Assembly: GCA_038207335.1 (NCBI GenBank)
Contig: JBBQZX010000004.1
Span: 170,064 to 234,063 of the forward strand
Length of the DNA stretch: 64,000 bases
Origin: Chthoniobacterales bacterium
Lineage (GTDB): Bacteria; Verrucomicrobiota; Verrucomicrobiia; Chthoniobacterales; Chthoniobacteraceae
Reading direction: 5' to 3'
Shown: positions 1 through 9,512 of the stretch, piece by piece
Layout: each line of letters begins with the position of its first letter
How positions within the stretch are numbered: the stretch's first letter is position 1
Program-made: the position numbers and the translations under genes
The notes under the pieces: generated by a model
Databases searched by the model: none
What the model was told of the DNA's origin: nothing
What the model saw: the letters and a program-made list of their open reading frames with translations, nothing else

Positions 1-1858
1 AAAGCCCCCACGCATCCGACCCCGCCGGCGGCAGACGTACGCTCGAGATTTTCCCCGACGGCGCAGTGATCTGCGCGATCACCGTCCCATCGCGCAACGG
101 CTCGCCCGTCAGCCCGATCACGTTGGCATTCAGCGTCAGCACCGCCCCGGCGATCGGCCGATCCGGCGAGTAGAAAAGCCGCATCTTTTCCCCCTGCGAC
201 ATATTCCGCTGATACGCCATCCACCGCACGACCTGTCCCCAGAAACGGTAGTGGTAGCGATCCTCCACGCCCTTTCGCCAGCGCCACGCGCCATCCGTCC
301 CCATGAAGAGAATCTTCCCCGCCCCGTGCGTCTTCGTCACCAGCAGCGGCACGCGGCCAAAGCGATTCGTCTCCGTCCCGTGCGTCGCCAGGATTTCCGA
401 CCCGGCCTTCGCGCGCGCCACCGGCGCATACCATTGGAAGCCCGGCAGCGTCTGCCACACCCGCGCGCTCGCCTCGTCCGTGTCGTCGAGCTTCGTTAAA
501 AGCGAGCGCGTCCCGGCCTCCGTCAGCGCAAAGCGCCCCGGCGACGAAGTCCCAAATCCGCGCGGCTGCGCGTCGTCCCACACGATCGGATTCAGCTCCC
601 CGAGCGCCGTCTCCTGCAGCGTCAGCTCCGACCCGCGCATCCCCGGCAGCAGCACCAGCCCCGCCGCCTGATCCCGCACCAGCTTCTGCACAGCCTCGCA
701 CTGCTCCGCCGTCAACTCCCCCTTTTCCACCCCCACATCGCCCAGGAAAACCACGTCGTATTTCGACAGCTCCTCCACCTTTGGAAACCCCGCCAGATAC
801 CCGCGCCCCACCCCCGGCTTCCCGAGATCGGGATGAAAAAGCACACAATTCACCTCCACCCCCGGGTCCCGCTCCAGCGCATTCCGCAGATACCGATACT
901 CCCAGCGCGGCGTCGATTCCACGATCAGCACCCGCAGTTGCTCCTTCCTGATCGAGAGCGGCGCCTCCATCGCATTATTCTCCACAAACCGCTCCGCCCC
1001 CGTCTTCGGCACCGTCAGCGTCACCGTCATCTCGCCCGGCCGCTCCGGCTTCCACACCATCACATCCTGCAGCCGACCCATCGCCGGGATCACCACCGAC
1101 TTCGTCATCACCTCACCCGTCGAAGTCTTCATCTCCACCGTCGCCGCCTCATCCCGCGGCAGCGAGCTCTGGATCGTGAAAGGCACGCGCAGCGGCTTCC
1201 CCGCGATCGCAAAAGTCGGCACGTCAAAGCTCGTCAGCTCCACATCCGGCAGCCGCGTCTCCGATCCCAGCGGCACCGCAAAGACCGGCACCTCCCGCAT
1301 CCGCAGCCGCGTCGCCGCCTGCGCCGGAGCCTCCCCCGTGTTCCAGTCCCCATCGCTCAGCAGCGCCACCGCGCTCAGCCGCGGATACTTCTCCGCCGCC
1401 CGCAGCAGCGCCGCGTTGAGGTCCGTCCCCTCCTCCGCCGGCTGCTGGCTCGAGGAGAAAGGCTCCACCACCACATCCATCCGCCCCGCGATCTCCCGCC
1501 ACGCCGCCTGCTCCGTCAGCGGCTTTGCCAGCTCCGCGCGCGACCTCGGCTCCGCCGCCGGACTCGCCGCATCCACCACATCGCGCGTCTCCATCGAGCG
1601 CGACACATCCTCCAGCACCACCAGCGTCGGCTTATTCTCCGGTTTGAAAATCTCGCGCCACTCCGGCTGATTCAGCGTCACCGCGATCACCACCGCGATC
1701 AGCAGCCGCAGCGCCTCCAGCAGCCCCGTCGAACGCCGATACCCACTACGTCTCCACGCGATCACCCCCAGCACCGCCACCACCAAAACGAACCCCACCG
1801 ACACCGCGACCGAAGTCGGACTCGGCGTAAAAATGAGTGATTTGCTGGCAGCGTTCAT
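1..1858 (-). CDS. vWA-domain membrane protein with glutamine-amidotransferase-like (DUF1355-type) domain; partial, runs off the left edge
   Basis: Absent from the ORF track, presumably because there is no stop in the window. Manual translation from ATG 1858: MNAASKSLIFTPSPTSVAVSVGFVLVVAVLGVIAW... with N-terminal TM helices, MIDAS-like VVLEDVSRSM, LLSDGDWN, and LRVLIVESTPRWEYRYLRNALERDP, typical of PVC vWA/GATase-like proteins. Confidence 0.75.
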   Translation of the reverse strand, partial: MNAASKSLIFTPSPTSVAVSVGFVLVVAVLGVIAWRRSGYRRSTGLLEALRLLIAVVIAVTLNQPEWREIFKPENKPTLVVLEDVSRSMETRDVVDAASPAAEPRSRAELAKPLTEQAAWREIAGRMDVVVEPFSSSQQPAEEGTDLNAALLRAAEKYPRLSAVALLSDGDWNTGEAPAQAATRLRMREVPVFAVPLGSETRLPDVELTSFDVPTFAIAGKPLRVPFTIQSSLPRDEAATVEMKTSTGEVMTKSVVIPAMGRLQDVMVWKPERPGEMTVTLTVPKTGAERFVENNAMEAPLSIRKEQLRVLIVESTPRWEYRYLRNALERDPGVEVNCVLFHPDLGKPGVGRGYLAGFPKVEELSKYDVVFLGDVGVEKGELTAEQCEAVQKLVRDQAAGLVLLPGMRGSELTLQETALGELNPIVWDDAQPRGFGTSSPGRFALTEAGTRSLLTKLDDTDEASARVWQTLPGFQWYAPVARAKAGSEILATHGTETNRFGRVPLLVTKTHGAGKILFMGTDGAWRWRKGVEDRYHYRFWGQVVRWMAYQRNMSQGEKMRLFYSPDRPIAGAVLTLNANVIGLTGEPLRDGTVIAQITAPSGKISSVRLPPAGSDAWGL

Positions 1859-1962
1859 CGGCGTGAAATCATTCTCTACCCTAAAATCCTAAAACTGCCC
1901 GCCCTCATCCGCGCTCATTTCCAGAGCCGAATTCACGCTATTCGGCCAAACCCGCGATTGCC

Positions 1963-2164
1963 TCACAAGTCTCCGCAACGCCCCTCGCGAAAGTCACGGA
2001 TGGCTCTCGTCTGTGAGAGCGTCCAGAGGTCCGGCTGCGACATCCTCCTCAAACTGTTTGTCCCACGCGACGGCGTCGAACTCTGAAAACCAATCACGGA
2101 AAGACAAAAGCTCCTGACGGGAGAGCTTGCTGACGGCAGTTTCGATTTCGAGGACGGTGCTCAT
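1963..2164 (-). pseudogene. Small type II antitoxin-like protein, frameshifted near the C-terminus; no intact toxin seen
   Basis: ATG 2164: MSTVLEIETAVSKLSRQELLSFRDWFSEFDAVAWDKQFEEDVAAGPLDALTDE, then stop at 1994 (56 aa). Removing one base at about 2005 restores the tail AIRDFREGRCGDL* ending at 1963. Confidence 0.6.
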
Positions 2165-2175
2165 GGCGGGTGGGG

Positions 2176-2405
2176 CGGGTGAGCCAGACGGTGTAGCCTT
2201 GGAAGACGCCCTTTTGACACGTCAGTTCCGGGTGGCCGCTGGTGAAGAGGTCGCCGGTGAGCACGGGGATGGTGGTCTGCGCGTCGGGCGGGACGATCTC
2301 AGCGCCTTCGATCCCGAGCAGGATGCCGTCGGCGGGGTCGTAATTGGCGGCGGCCTTGATCCCCGCGACCACGGTGGTGAAGAACCCGAGGAACCCTGGC
2401 TCCAG
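2176..2405 (-). pseudogene. Internal fragment of a hypothetical-protein gene
   Basis: Strong GC3 codon bias in frame GFLGFFTTVVAGIKAAANYDPADGILLGIEGAEIVPPDAQTTIPVLTGDLFTSGHPELTCQKGVFQGYTVWLTR, with no convincing own start. Wedged between the imuA promoter and the antitoxin. Confidence 0.45.
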
Positions 2406-2447
2406 CAGAACCGGCGCAGAACTGGACTTTGCAGATGCCGGACATAG

Positions 2448-2461
2448 TGTTCGTGAGAACA
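2448..2461. promoter_or_regulatory. LexA (SOS) box, Verrucomicrobia type TGTTC-N4-GAACA
   Basis: Perfect palindrome TGTTC-GTGA-GAACA ending 2 nt before the imuA ATG (2464) and overlapping a -10-like TAGTGT. Confidence 0.9.
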
Positions 2462-2463
2462 CC

Positions 2464-3180
2464 ATGTTTTCTGTCGTCACAGCTTCATCCAGTCTCTCGG
2501 CTTTTCCCGGCGATCGTGCGGGGAAGGTCGCACAGTTGCGGGCGATCCTCGCGGAAAAATTTCCGATGGTGCAGCCGAGGGCGAATGGGGTGCTGGCCAC
2601 TGGGGTGCCGGAGATCGATGAGGTGGAAGGTGGGTTGCGGCGGGCTGCGCTCACGGAGTTTTCGGCGAGTTCGGGGGCGGGGGCGCTTTTTATTCGTGCG
2701 CTGTTGCGGACGATTTGTCGGGAGCGTTGTCTCGCGGCTTTGGTCGATGCAGGGCGCTCTTTCGATGCGGAGGGAGCTGGGGCGGCGGGGCTGGCGAGGC
2801 TGCTCGTCGTCTTTTCCGCGGATGGGATGCAGGCGGTGAAGGCCACGGATTTGCTGCTCCGCGATGGCAATCTTTCGCTCGTGCTGCTCGACATGCAGGC
2901 CATGCCGCCGCGCGAGTTGCAGCGCATCCCGGCGAACACTTGGCACCGGCTCCAGCGGCTCGCGGAGCAAACGTCGGCGGCGCTCGTGGCGCTCACGTCG
3001 CAGCCGATGATCGAGGCCGCGCAGGTGCGCATCGGCACAGGGAAAAGCTGGACGCTCGACACGCAGCGCCGCTGGCAGCGCGATGTTGTCGCGTCCACAG
3101 CCTGGCGGGTCTTTCCGCGACGAGTGGGGGGGCGGCGGATGCCGGTTTGGGAAGATGGGCACGCGTCCGCCATCGCATGA
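2464..3180 (+). CDS. imuA: ImuA-like RecA/SulA-family mutagenesis protein
   Basis: RecA-like N-terminus (LATGVPEIDE..GGL) with a degenerate Walker A. First gene of the imuA-imuB-dnaE2 cassette. Start moved to ATG 2464, just after the LexA box. Confidence 0.8.
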   Translation: MFSVVTASSSLSAFPGDRAGKVAQLRAILAEKFPMVQPRANGVLATGVPEIDEVEGGLRRAALTEFSASSGAGALFIRALLRTICRERCLAALVDAGRSFDAEGAGAAGLARLLVVFSADGMQAVKATDLLLRDGNLSLVLLDMQAMPPRELQRIPANTWHRLQRLAEQTSAALVALTSQPMIEAAQVRIGTGKSWTLDTQRRWQRDVVASTAWRVFPRRVGGRRMPVWEDGHASAIA

Positions 3181-3189
3181 GGAGGAGCC

Positions 3190-4716
3190 ATGTTCGCGGT
3201 CATTCTTTTGCCAAATTTCCGGCTGCAGGCGGCGCTTCGTTTTCGCGAGGAAATGGATGCGCTGCCGGTCGCGCTCGTGGATGAGCAGGCTCCGAAAATG
3301 GGCGTGCTCGAAGCCAGCTCCGCGGCGGCGGACGCTGGCGTGACGGCGGGGCAGACGACGCCACAGGCGCTCGCGCGATGCGAGTCGCTCGTCATCCTCA
3401 CGCGTTCCCGCGCGCAGGAGCGGAGCGCGCAATCCGCGCTGCTCGAAATGGCCGCGGCGCTCTCGCCGGAAGTCGAGGCGACGGCGGATGGATTTTGCAC
3501 GATCGGCCTGCAAAGCTCGCGGACAAAGGATTGGCAGGCGATGGGCACTTGCGCCATCGCCGGGCTCGCAGCGCTGAGACTCCGCGCGCAGATCGGCTTT
3601 GGCCCAAATCCCGACCTCGCATTTCTCGCCGCGCGCCGCGCCCGTCCCGTGCTCGTGGTGCAGTCGCCCACGACTTTTCTCGCCGACCTCGCGGTGCAGG
3701 AACTCGACCCCGCGCCCGAGTTGCTCGCGCTGCTACGCGACTGGGGGATCCACAATCTCGCGCAACTCACGAGCCTTCCGCGCGGCGACCTGATGGACCG
3801 GCTCGGCCCCGAAGCCGGGCGCCTGTGGGAGCGCGCGGCGGGGCGCGCGGAGCGTCCGCTGCGGCTCGTGAGAGAGGTCGAGGAATTCATCGAGGAATTC
3901 GATTTCGAGCGCGAAATCGACACGATCGAGCCGCTGCTTTTTCTGCTGCGCCGCTTCCTCGACCAGCTCGCGCTGCGGCTCAGGCAGGCGTATCGCGTGG
4001 CCGGGCAGATGGCGTTCGCGCTCCCGCTGGCGGATGGCAGCGCGCACGAGCGCATCTTCACCGTGCCGTCGCCGACCGCGGATGTGGACGTGCTTTTTCG
4101 CATCCTGCACACGCATCTCGAGGGCCTGCAGCTCCATCACGGCGCGACCGGGATGCGGCTGCACATCGTGCCGACGCGCGCGGAGCGGCAGCAGTTCCAG
4201 CTCTTCGAGACGCCGCTGCGCGACCCGAATCGTTTTGGCGAAACGCTCGGCCGGCTCGCGGCTCTGGTCGGGAGTGAAAATGTCGGCGTCGTGCATGCGC
4301 TCGACACGCATCGGCCCGATTGCATCGAGCTGCGGCCGCCGCGTTTTCACGAACTCGATCCCGCAGCCGCGCCCGGCGAAGACCTCGCGATCGGACTGCC
4401 GCTGCGGCGCTTTCGTCCGCCGATCGCGGCGACGGTGCGCGTGATGGCGCATCATCCGGTGTGGCTCGATTCGGAGCGCGTCCGCGGCGAAATCTGCGCC
4501 TCGCTCGGGCCGTATCGCGCATCGGGCGGATGGTGGGAGAGCGATCGCTGGAGCACGGAGGAGTGGGACGTGGAGATGGAAAGCAGCGGGCTCTACCGAC
4601 TCGCGCGCGTGCGGGACGAGTGGCGCGTGGAAGGCAGCTACGATGAGCCTTCGCGAGGAAATCGCCGCGGCGCCGGGGCGGTCGTGGCGATGCAAAATGG
4701 GGAACTCGCGCGATGA
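3190..4716 (+). CDS. imuB: ImuB, catalytically inactive Y-family polymerase
   Basis: Y-family fold lacking the catalytic acidic motifs, clamp-binding-like QFQLF, C-terminal GPYRASGGWW. ATGA overlap with dnaE2. Confidence 0.9.
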   Translation: MFAVILLPNFRLQAALRFREEMDALPVALVDEQAPKMGVLEASSAAADAGVTAGQTTPQALARCESLVILTRSRAQERSAQSALLEMAAALSPEVEATADGFCTIGLQSSRTKDWQAMGTCAIAGLAALRLRAQIGFGPNPDLAFLAARRARPVLVVQSPTTFLADLAVQELDPAPELLALLRDWGIHNLAQLTSLPRGDLMDRLGPEAGRLWERAAGRAERPLRLVREVEEFIEEFDFEREIDTIEPLLFLLRRFLDQLALRLRQAYRVAGQMAFALPLADGSAHERIFTVPSPTADVDVLFRILHTHLEGLQLHHGATGMRLHIVPTRAERQQFQLFETPLRDPNRFGETLGRLAALVGSENVGVVHALDTHRPDCIELRPPRFHELDPAAAPGEDLAIGLPLRRFRPPIAATVRVMAHHPVWLDSERVRGEICASLGPYRASGGWWESDRWSTEEWDVEMESSGLYRLARVRDEWRVEGSYDEPSRGNRRGAGAVVAMQNGELAR

Positions 4717-7700
4717 ATTACGTCGAGCTCCATGCCCGCAGCGCGTGCAGTTTTTTGCGAGGTGCTTCTCACCCGGAGCATCTCGCCGAGCGCGCCTCGG
4801 AACTCGAGTTGCCCGCCGTGGCGGTGTGTGATCGCGATGGTTTGTATGGCGCTGCGCGCTTTTTTTCCGCAGCGAAAGAGCACGGCATTCGTGCGATCGT
4901 CGGCGCGGAGTTGACGCTCGAATGCGACTCCGTGCTGCCGGTGCTAGTGCAGTCGCGCACTGGATATCGCAATCTCTGCCAGCTCATCACGCAGGCGAAA
5001 TTGCGCGGCACGAAGACCGACGCGCCGGTGCGCATCGGCGAGCTCGCGGAATTCGCCGAGGGGCTCGTCGCGCTGACCGGCGACGAGGAGGGACCCGTGC
5101 GCCGAGCACTCGCGCGGAACGATGCCGCAGCCGCGCTTTCATGCGTGGAGCAGCTCACAGCGAGCTTCGGAAGCGGGAATGTCTTCATCGAAATCCAGCG
5201 CCATCTCCGCCGCGGCGAGGCGCGCGAAAATGACGCGCTGCGCGATCTCGCCGCCGCGGCGAAACTCCCGCTGCTCGCGACGAACGGCGTGCTCCACGCG
5301 ACCCCTGCCGAGCGCGCCGTGCTCGACGTTTTCACCTGCGCGCGCCAGCACACGCATCTCGACGCCGCAGGCCGCTTTCTCGCGCTGAACGACGAGCGCC
5401 ACCTCAAGCCCGCAGCCCGCATGACGCGGCTTTTTGCCGACACGCCGGACGCGATCGCAAACACGCTCCGGCTCGCCGACCGGCTCGATTTTTCGCTGCA
5501 AAACCTCGGCTACGAATTCCCGAAATATCGCGTGCCGGAAGGCGAGTCGATGGACTCCTTTCTGCGCAAAATGACGCTCGATGGTGCGCGCGGCCGCTAC
5601 GGAAAACCCGACGCAAAAGTCCTCGCTCAAATCGACCACGAGCTTGATCTGATCGCGCGGCTCGGCTTCAGCGGCTACTTTCTCATCGTCTGGGATCTGG
5701 TGAATTTCGCGAAGAGCGAAAACATTCTCGTGCAGGGCCGCGGCAGCGCTGCGAACAGCGTCGTCTGCTATTCGATCGGCATCACTGCGTGCGATCCGAT
5801 CGCGTGCAAGCTGCTCTTTGAGCGCTTCCTTTCCGAAGGCCGCACCTCCTGGCCCGACATTGATCTCGACCTGCCGAGCGGCGACCGGCGCGAGCGCGTC
5901 ATTCAGGAAGTCTATCGCCGCTACGGCCAGCACGGCGCGGCGATGACGGCGAATGTCATCTCGTTTCGCGGCAAAAGCGCGATGCGCGAAATCGGCAAGG
6001 CGCTCAATTTTCCGCCCGATGTGCTCACGCGATTTTCGCACCTTTTCGGCAGCGGCGATTTTCCGCACACGCTAGACATCGAGGCGCAGGTCGCGCAGTC
6101 GGGCATCGCCGACACGCACCCGCGCGCCGCCGCCGCGGTCGCGCTTTATGCGCGCATTTACGGCCTTCCGCGGCACCTCGGGCAGCACAGCGGCGGCATG
6201 ATTATTTGCGAGGGCAAGCTGAGCGGGATCGTGCCGCTGGAGAATGCGTCGATGCCCGGCCGCGTCGTCGCGCAGTGGGACAAGGACGACTGCGAAGACC
6301 TCGGAATCATCAAGGTCGATCTGCTCGGCCTCGGAATGATGGCTGCCATGCAGGACTCGCTGGAAATGTGCGCGGCGCGCGGACATCCCGTCGCTCTGGC
6401 GACGATTCCGAAAGACGATACCGCCACCTTCGACCTGCTCTGCCGCGCCGACACGATCGGCACTTTCCAAGTCGAAAGCCGCGCGCAAATCGCGACGCTC
6501 CCGCGCCTCCAGCCGCGCGAATTTTACGACGTCGTCGTCGAGGTCGCACTCATCCGGCCGGGGCCGATCCAAGGCAATATGGTGCATCCGTATCTCAAGC
6601 GGCGGCGCGGAGAGGAGCGTGTGGAGTTCATGGACGAGCGGCTGCGACCGGTGCTGGAGCGCACGCTCGGCATCCCACTTTTCCAAGAGCAGCTTTTGAA
6701 AATCGCGATGGTCATGGCGGGATTCACCGGCAGCGAAGCGGAGGAGCTGCGGCGCGCACTGAGCTTTCACCGCTCGCAGGAGCGGATGGAAAAAGTATGC
6801 GTAAAGTTGCGCGCCGGACTGGCCCGGAATGCTGTGCCAGCGGGCACCGCCGAGCGCATCGTGCAGTCCGTGCAGTCGTTCGCGGTCTATGGATTTCCCG
6901 AGTCGCACGCCATTTCATTCGCGCTCATCGCGTATGCGAGCTGCTGGATGAAAGTGCATCGCGCACCGGAATTTTACGCCGGACTCTTCAACAATCAGCC
7001 GATGGGATTCTACTCCGCGGCGACGCTCGCAAAGGACGCGAAGCGGCGCGGCGTGCGCATCCGGCCGGTGAATGTTTTGGAAAGCGACTGGCTCTGCACG
7101 GTCGGCGCGGACGACTCGCTACGCCTCGGTCTCTGCTACGTGCGCGGGCTCTCGCACGCGGATGGGGAGCGCATCCTCGCCGAGCGAAAAGCCGTGCCGT
7201 TTGCATCGCTCGTCGATTTTCAACTTCGCACGCTGCTGCCAAAAACCGCGTCGCGCGCGCTCGCGAAAGTCGGCGCGCTCAACGGCCTTAGCGCGCACCG
7301 GCGCACCGCGCAGTGGCAGGTCGAAGTCTCGCGCGCCGACGACGATTTATTTGCCACGGCGGAGTCGAGCCTCACGCCGCCGCTGCGCCCGATGAATGCG
7401 ACCGAGCGGCTGAATGCCGACTACACCGGCACGACGCTGACGACCGGCCCGCATCCGATGGCGATTATCCGCGCGCGTGTGCCACACCTCTGGCGCGCGA
7501 TCGATTTGGAGTCCGCGGCGAACGGCGCTCACCTCGCCATCGGCGGCATGGTCATCTGCCGGCAGCGTCCGGGCACCGCGCACGGCGTCGTCTTTATCAG
7601 CCTCGAAGATGAAACCGGCATCGCCAACGCCATCGTCTCCGCGCTGCTTTTTGAGAAAATGCGGCTACGAATCTCCGAAGAGCCTTACCTCGAAATTCGC

Positions 7701-7805
7701 GGCGACCTTCAAAAAGTCGAAGGCGTGATCCACGTCAAAGCCCGCGGGATTTTGCCCCTCTTCATGGAGGAAATTGCAGCCGTACCCTCACACGATTTTC
7801 ACTAG
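4713..7805 (+). CDS. dnaE2: Error-prone DNA polymerase DnaE2 (ImuC)
   Basis: PHP domain (YVELHARS), GRGSAANS, PDIDLD catalytic motif, C-terminal SHDFH signature of DnaE2. Confidence 0.96.
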   Translation: MNYVELHARSACSFLRGASHPEHLAERASELELPAVAVCDRDGLYGAARFFSAAKEHGIRAIVGAELTLECDSVLPVLVQSRTGYRNLCQLITQAKLRGTKTDAPVRIGELAEFAEGLVALTGDEEGPVRRALARNDAAAALSCVEQLTASFGSGNVFIEIQRHLRRGEARENDALRDLAAAAKLPLLATNGVLHATPAERAVLDVFTCARQHTHLDAAGRFLALNDERHLKPAARMTRLFADTPDAIANTLRLADRLDFSLQNLGYEFPKYRVPEGESMDSFLRKMTLDGARGRYGKPDAKVLAQIDHELDLIARLGFSGYFLIVWDLVNFAKSENILVQGRGSAANSVVCYSIGITACDPIACKLLFERFLSEGRTSWPDIDLDLPSGDRRERVIQEVYRRYGQHGAAMTANVISFRGKSAMREIGKALNFPPDVLTRFSHLFGSGDFPHTLDIEAQVAQSGIADTHPRAAAAVALYARIYGLPRHLGQHSGGMIICEGKLSGIVPLENASMPGRVVAQWDKDDCEDLGIIKVDLLGLGMMAAMQDSLEMCAARGHPVALATIPKDDTATFDLLCRADTIGTFQVESRAQIATLPRLQPREFYDVVVEVALIRPGPIQGNMVHPYLKRRRGEERVEFMDERLRPVLERTLGIPLFQEQLLKIAMVMAGFTGSEAEELRRALSFHRSQERMEKVCVKLRAGLARNAVPAGTAERIVQSVQSFAVYGFPESHAISFALIAYASCWMKVHRAPEFYAGLFNNQPMGFYSAATLAKDAKRRGVRIRPVNVLESDWLCTVGADDSLRLGLCYVRGLSHADGERILAERKAVPFASLVDFQLRTLLPKTASRALAKVGALNGLSAHRRTAQWQVEVSRADDDLFATAESSLTPPLRPMNATERLNADYTGTTLTTGPHPMAIIRARVPHLWRAIDLESAANGAHLAIGGMVICRQRPGTAHGVVFISLEDETGIANAIVSALLFEKMRLRISEEPYLEIRGDLQKVEGVIHVKARGILPLFMEEIAAVPSHDFH

Positions 7806-7867
7806 GTGCTGGTCGGTGCAGCTTCCACCGCGGCCATCGTCAGCATTCACGAAACCTGACGGATGTG

Positions 7868-8638
7868 TCAGTCCACCCAGATTCCGCGATACACTTTGGG
7901 CGCGGCTTTTTCCCGCCGGTCGCCGTAGAAAGGCTGGAGGGGTGGGCCTCCACGGCCGGGGAGGAGGCGCATACGGCTTAGCGTTTCGAGGTCGAGGCGA
8001 CCGGTGAGCGGGAGGCGGTTGCGCTGCTGGTAGCCGAGGAGAGCTTGCTCCAAATCGCCGCTCGGTGCGCCGTCGATGCGCTCGCGGAAGATGCCGTCGC
8101 GAGCGAGTAGTCGCTGTGCGTCGCTCACGGTTTTTCGCTGAACCTGCTCGGGCGCAGTGGCGAAAGGCGTGCGTGAAAAAAGCGCGGCATAATTCCCGCC
8201 AGGTGCCATCGGTGGAGGTGCGGACGGGGAAGTGCGCGACTCGTCCGGAGGCGCGGGCGGGGCTGAGGCTGGTGGCTCCGCTTGCTCCTCGCGACGGAGA
8301 AATTGCCGATCGCTTTCGGTGACCGTTTCGCCGCGGCGCAGATTCACGGGAGGCTCCGCGGAGACAGGCGGCGGCTGTCCTGCGGGAGGCGATGTTTTCC
8401 CGGCGAGGCCAAGCGATTCGAGGGTTTGCCGGGTCAGAGTTCCGGTGACTTCGAGGCCGTTGCGAATCTGGTATCGCTTGAGCGAGGCGGAGGTTTCGGT
8501 GGTTAGGTTGCCGTCCACTTCACCATAGAAAAAGCCCTCGTTCTTGAGTTCAGCCTGCGCGTTTTTTGTGAGGCTGTCAGCATGCGCGAGTGTGGTGGCG
8601 AGCAGGAGGAGGCCAGGGAGGACGAAGATTTTTTTCAT
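7868..8638 (-). CDS. Secreted protein with two peptidoglycan-binding (PG_binding_1-like) domains
   Basis: Signal peptide. Two repeats (AQAELKNEGFFYGEVDG..YQIRNGLEVTG and AQRLLARDG..IDG..YQQRNRLPLTG) separated by a Pro-rich linker. Confidence 0.85.
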   Translation of the reverse strand: MKKIFVLPGLLLLATTLAHADSLTKNAQAELKNEGFFYGEVDGNLTTETSASLKRYQIRNGLEVTGTLTRQTLESLGLAGKTSPPAGQPPPVSAEPPVNLRRGETVTESDRQFLRREEQAEPPASAPPAPPDESRTSPSAPPPMAPGGNYAALFSRTPFATAPEQVQRKTVSDAQRLLARDGIFRERIDGAPSGDLEQALLGYQQRNRLPLTGRLDLETLSRMRLLPGRGGPPLQPFYGDRREKAAPKVYRGIWVD

Positions 8639-8689
8639 GCGAATCCAGGCGCTTTGACGCCGCGCGGTCGCGGGATATTCACGCCGAAA

Positions 8690-9508
8690 TCAAGGCGAGA
8701 CGCGGGCGAGACGGGTAGGCCGGTCGTCGCGAGGTTTCGCTTTTTCAAAACGCATGATGCCCTCCGCAATGGCGGACGCGAGGCGATCGCGATAGGCGGG
8801 AGCGGAGAGAAGCCGTGCGTCGAAAACATTGCTCAAAAATCCACCCTCGACGAGCACCGCCGGCGCGCGGACGTGCCGCACGACGTAGAGGGCTCGGCTG
8901 CCAATGCCGCGGTTTGTCGAACTGGTGCGATCAACGAGCGCGGTCTGGATGAAGGCGGCGAGTTCCTCGCCGTTGTCGAGCGCGGGCGGCTCGGGCGAGC
9001 TGAAGAATCCGACCCACGTCCATGCGTTTTCAGGGAGCACTTTTTCGCGAGCGTAGAATGTCTCCACGCCACTGGCTTCCGAGGCTGAGCTTTGATTGAA
9101 GTGGATGCTGACGAAGATCGAATGGTCGATGCGGTTCGCCAGGTCGGCGCGCTCTTCGAGGCTGACGTGCGTGTCGTCGGTGCGCGTCATTTTTGTCGGG
9201 AAGCCGAAGCTTTTGAGCACTTCGGCGAGACGCTTCGCGACATCGAGCGTGAGGTTTTTCTCGACGAACCCATTGGCCTGCGCACCGTCGTCGCGACCAC
9301 CGTGGCCGGCATCGATGACGATGGTCGGGAGCCTGCCGAGCGCCTCGGAAATTCGGCCCGGCGCCGGTTCGTCATCGGGCGCGATGACGAAGGTCAGGCA
9401 CCCGGCGAGAACGACGAGCCCGACGCATGGCATCGAGTTTTTCACGGAAAAAAAGTGCCATATCCGCCGCGAGAAGCGAGGCCAGAAATGAGGGCGGCTG
9501 TGGGACAT
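8690..9508 (-). CDS. N-acetylmuramoyl-L-alanine amidase (Amidase_3)
   Basis: IVIDAGHGGRD, EKNLTL, SIHFN and PAVLVEGGF zinc-ligand motifs; N-terminal membrane anchor. Confidence 0.92.
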   Translation of the reverse strand: MSHSRPHFWPRFSRRIWHFFSVKNSMPCVGLVVLAGCLTFVIAPDDEPAPGRISEALGRLPTIVIDAGHGGRDDGAQANGFVEKNLTLDVAKRLAEVLKSFGFPTKMTRTDDTHVSLEERADLANRIDHSIFVSIHFNQSSASEASGVETFYAREKVLPENAWTWVGFFSSPEPPALDNGEELAAFIQTALVDRTSSTNRGIGSRALYVVRHVRAPAVLVEGGFLSNVFDARLLSAPAYRDRLASAIAEGIMRFEKAKPRDDRPTRLARVSP

Positions 9509-9512
9509 ACGC

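Noticed and set aside
251..1840. Plus-strand ORFs 251-499, 303-671, 833-1840 and 1176-1670
   Set aside because: Arg/His/Ser-rich shadows of the real minus-strand vWA gene.
2094..4112. 672-aa minus-strand ORF and other long antisense ORFs (49334-51511, 54202-57042, 57588-59909, 62477-63991, 24968-26479)
   Set aside because: Shadow ORFs of high-GC genes on the opposite strand with no recognisable motifs. Only the last 80 or so codons of 2094-4112 look like a real gene relic.
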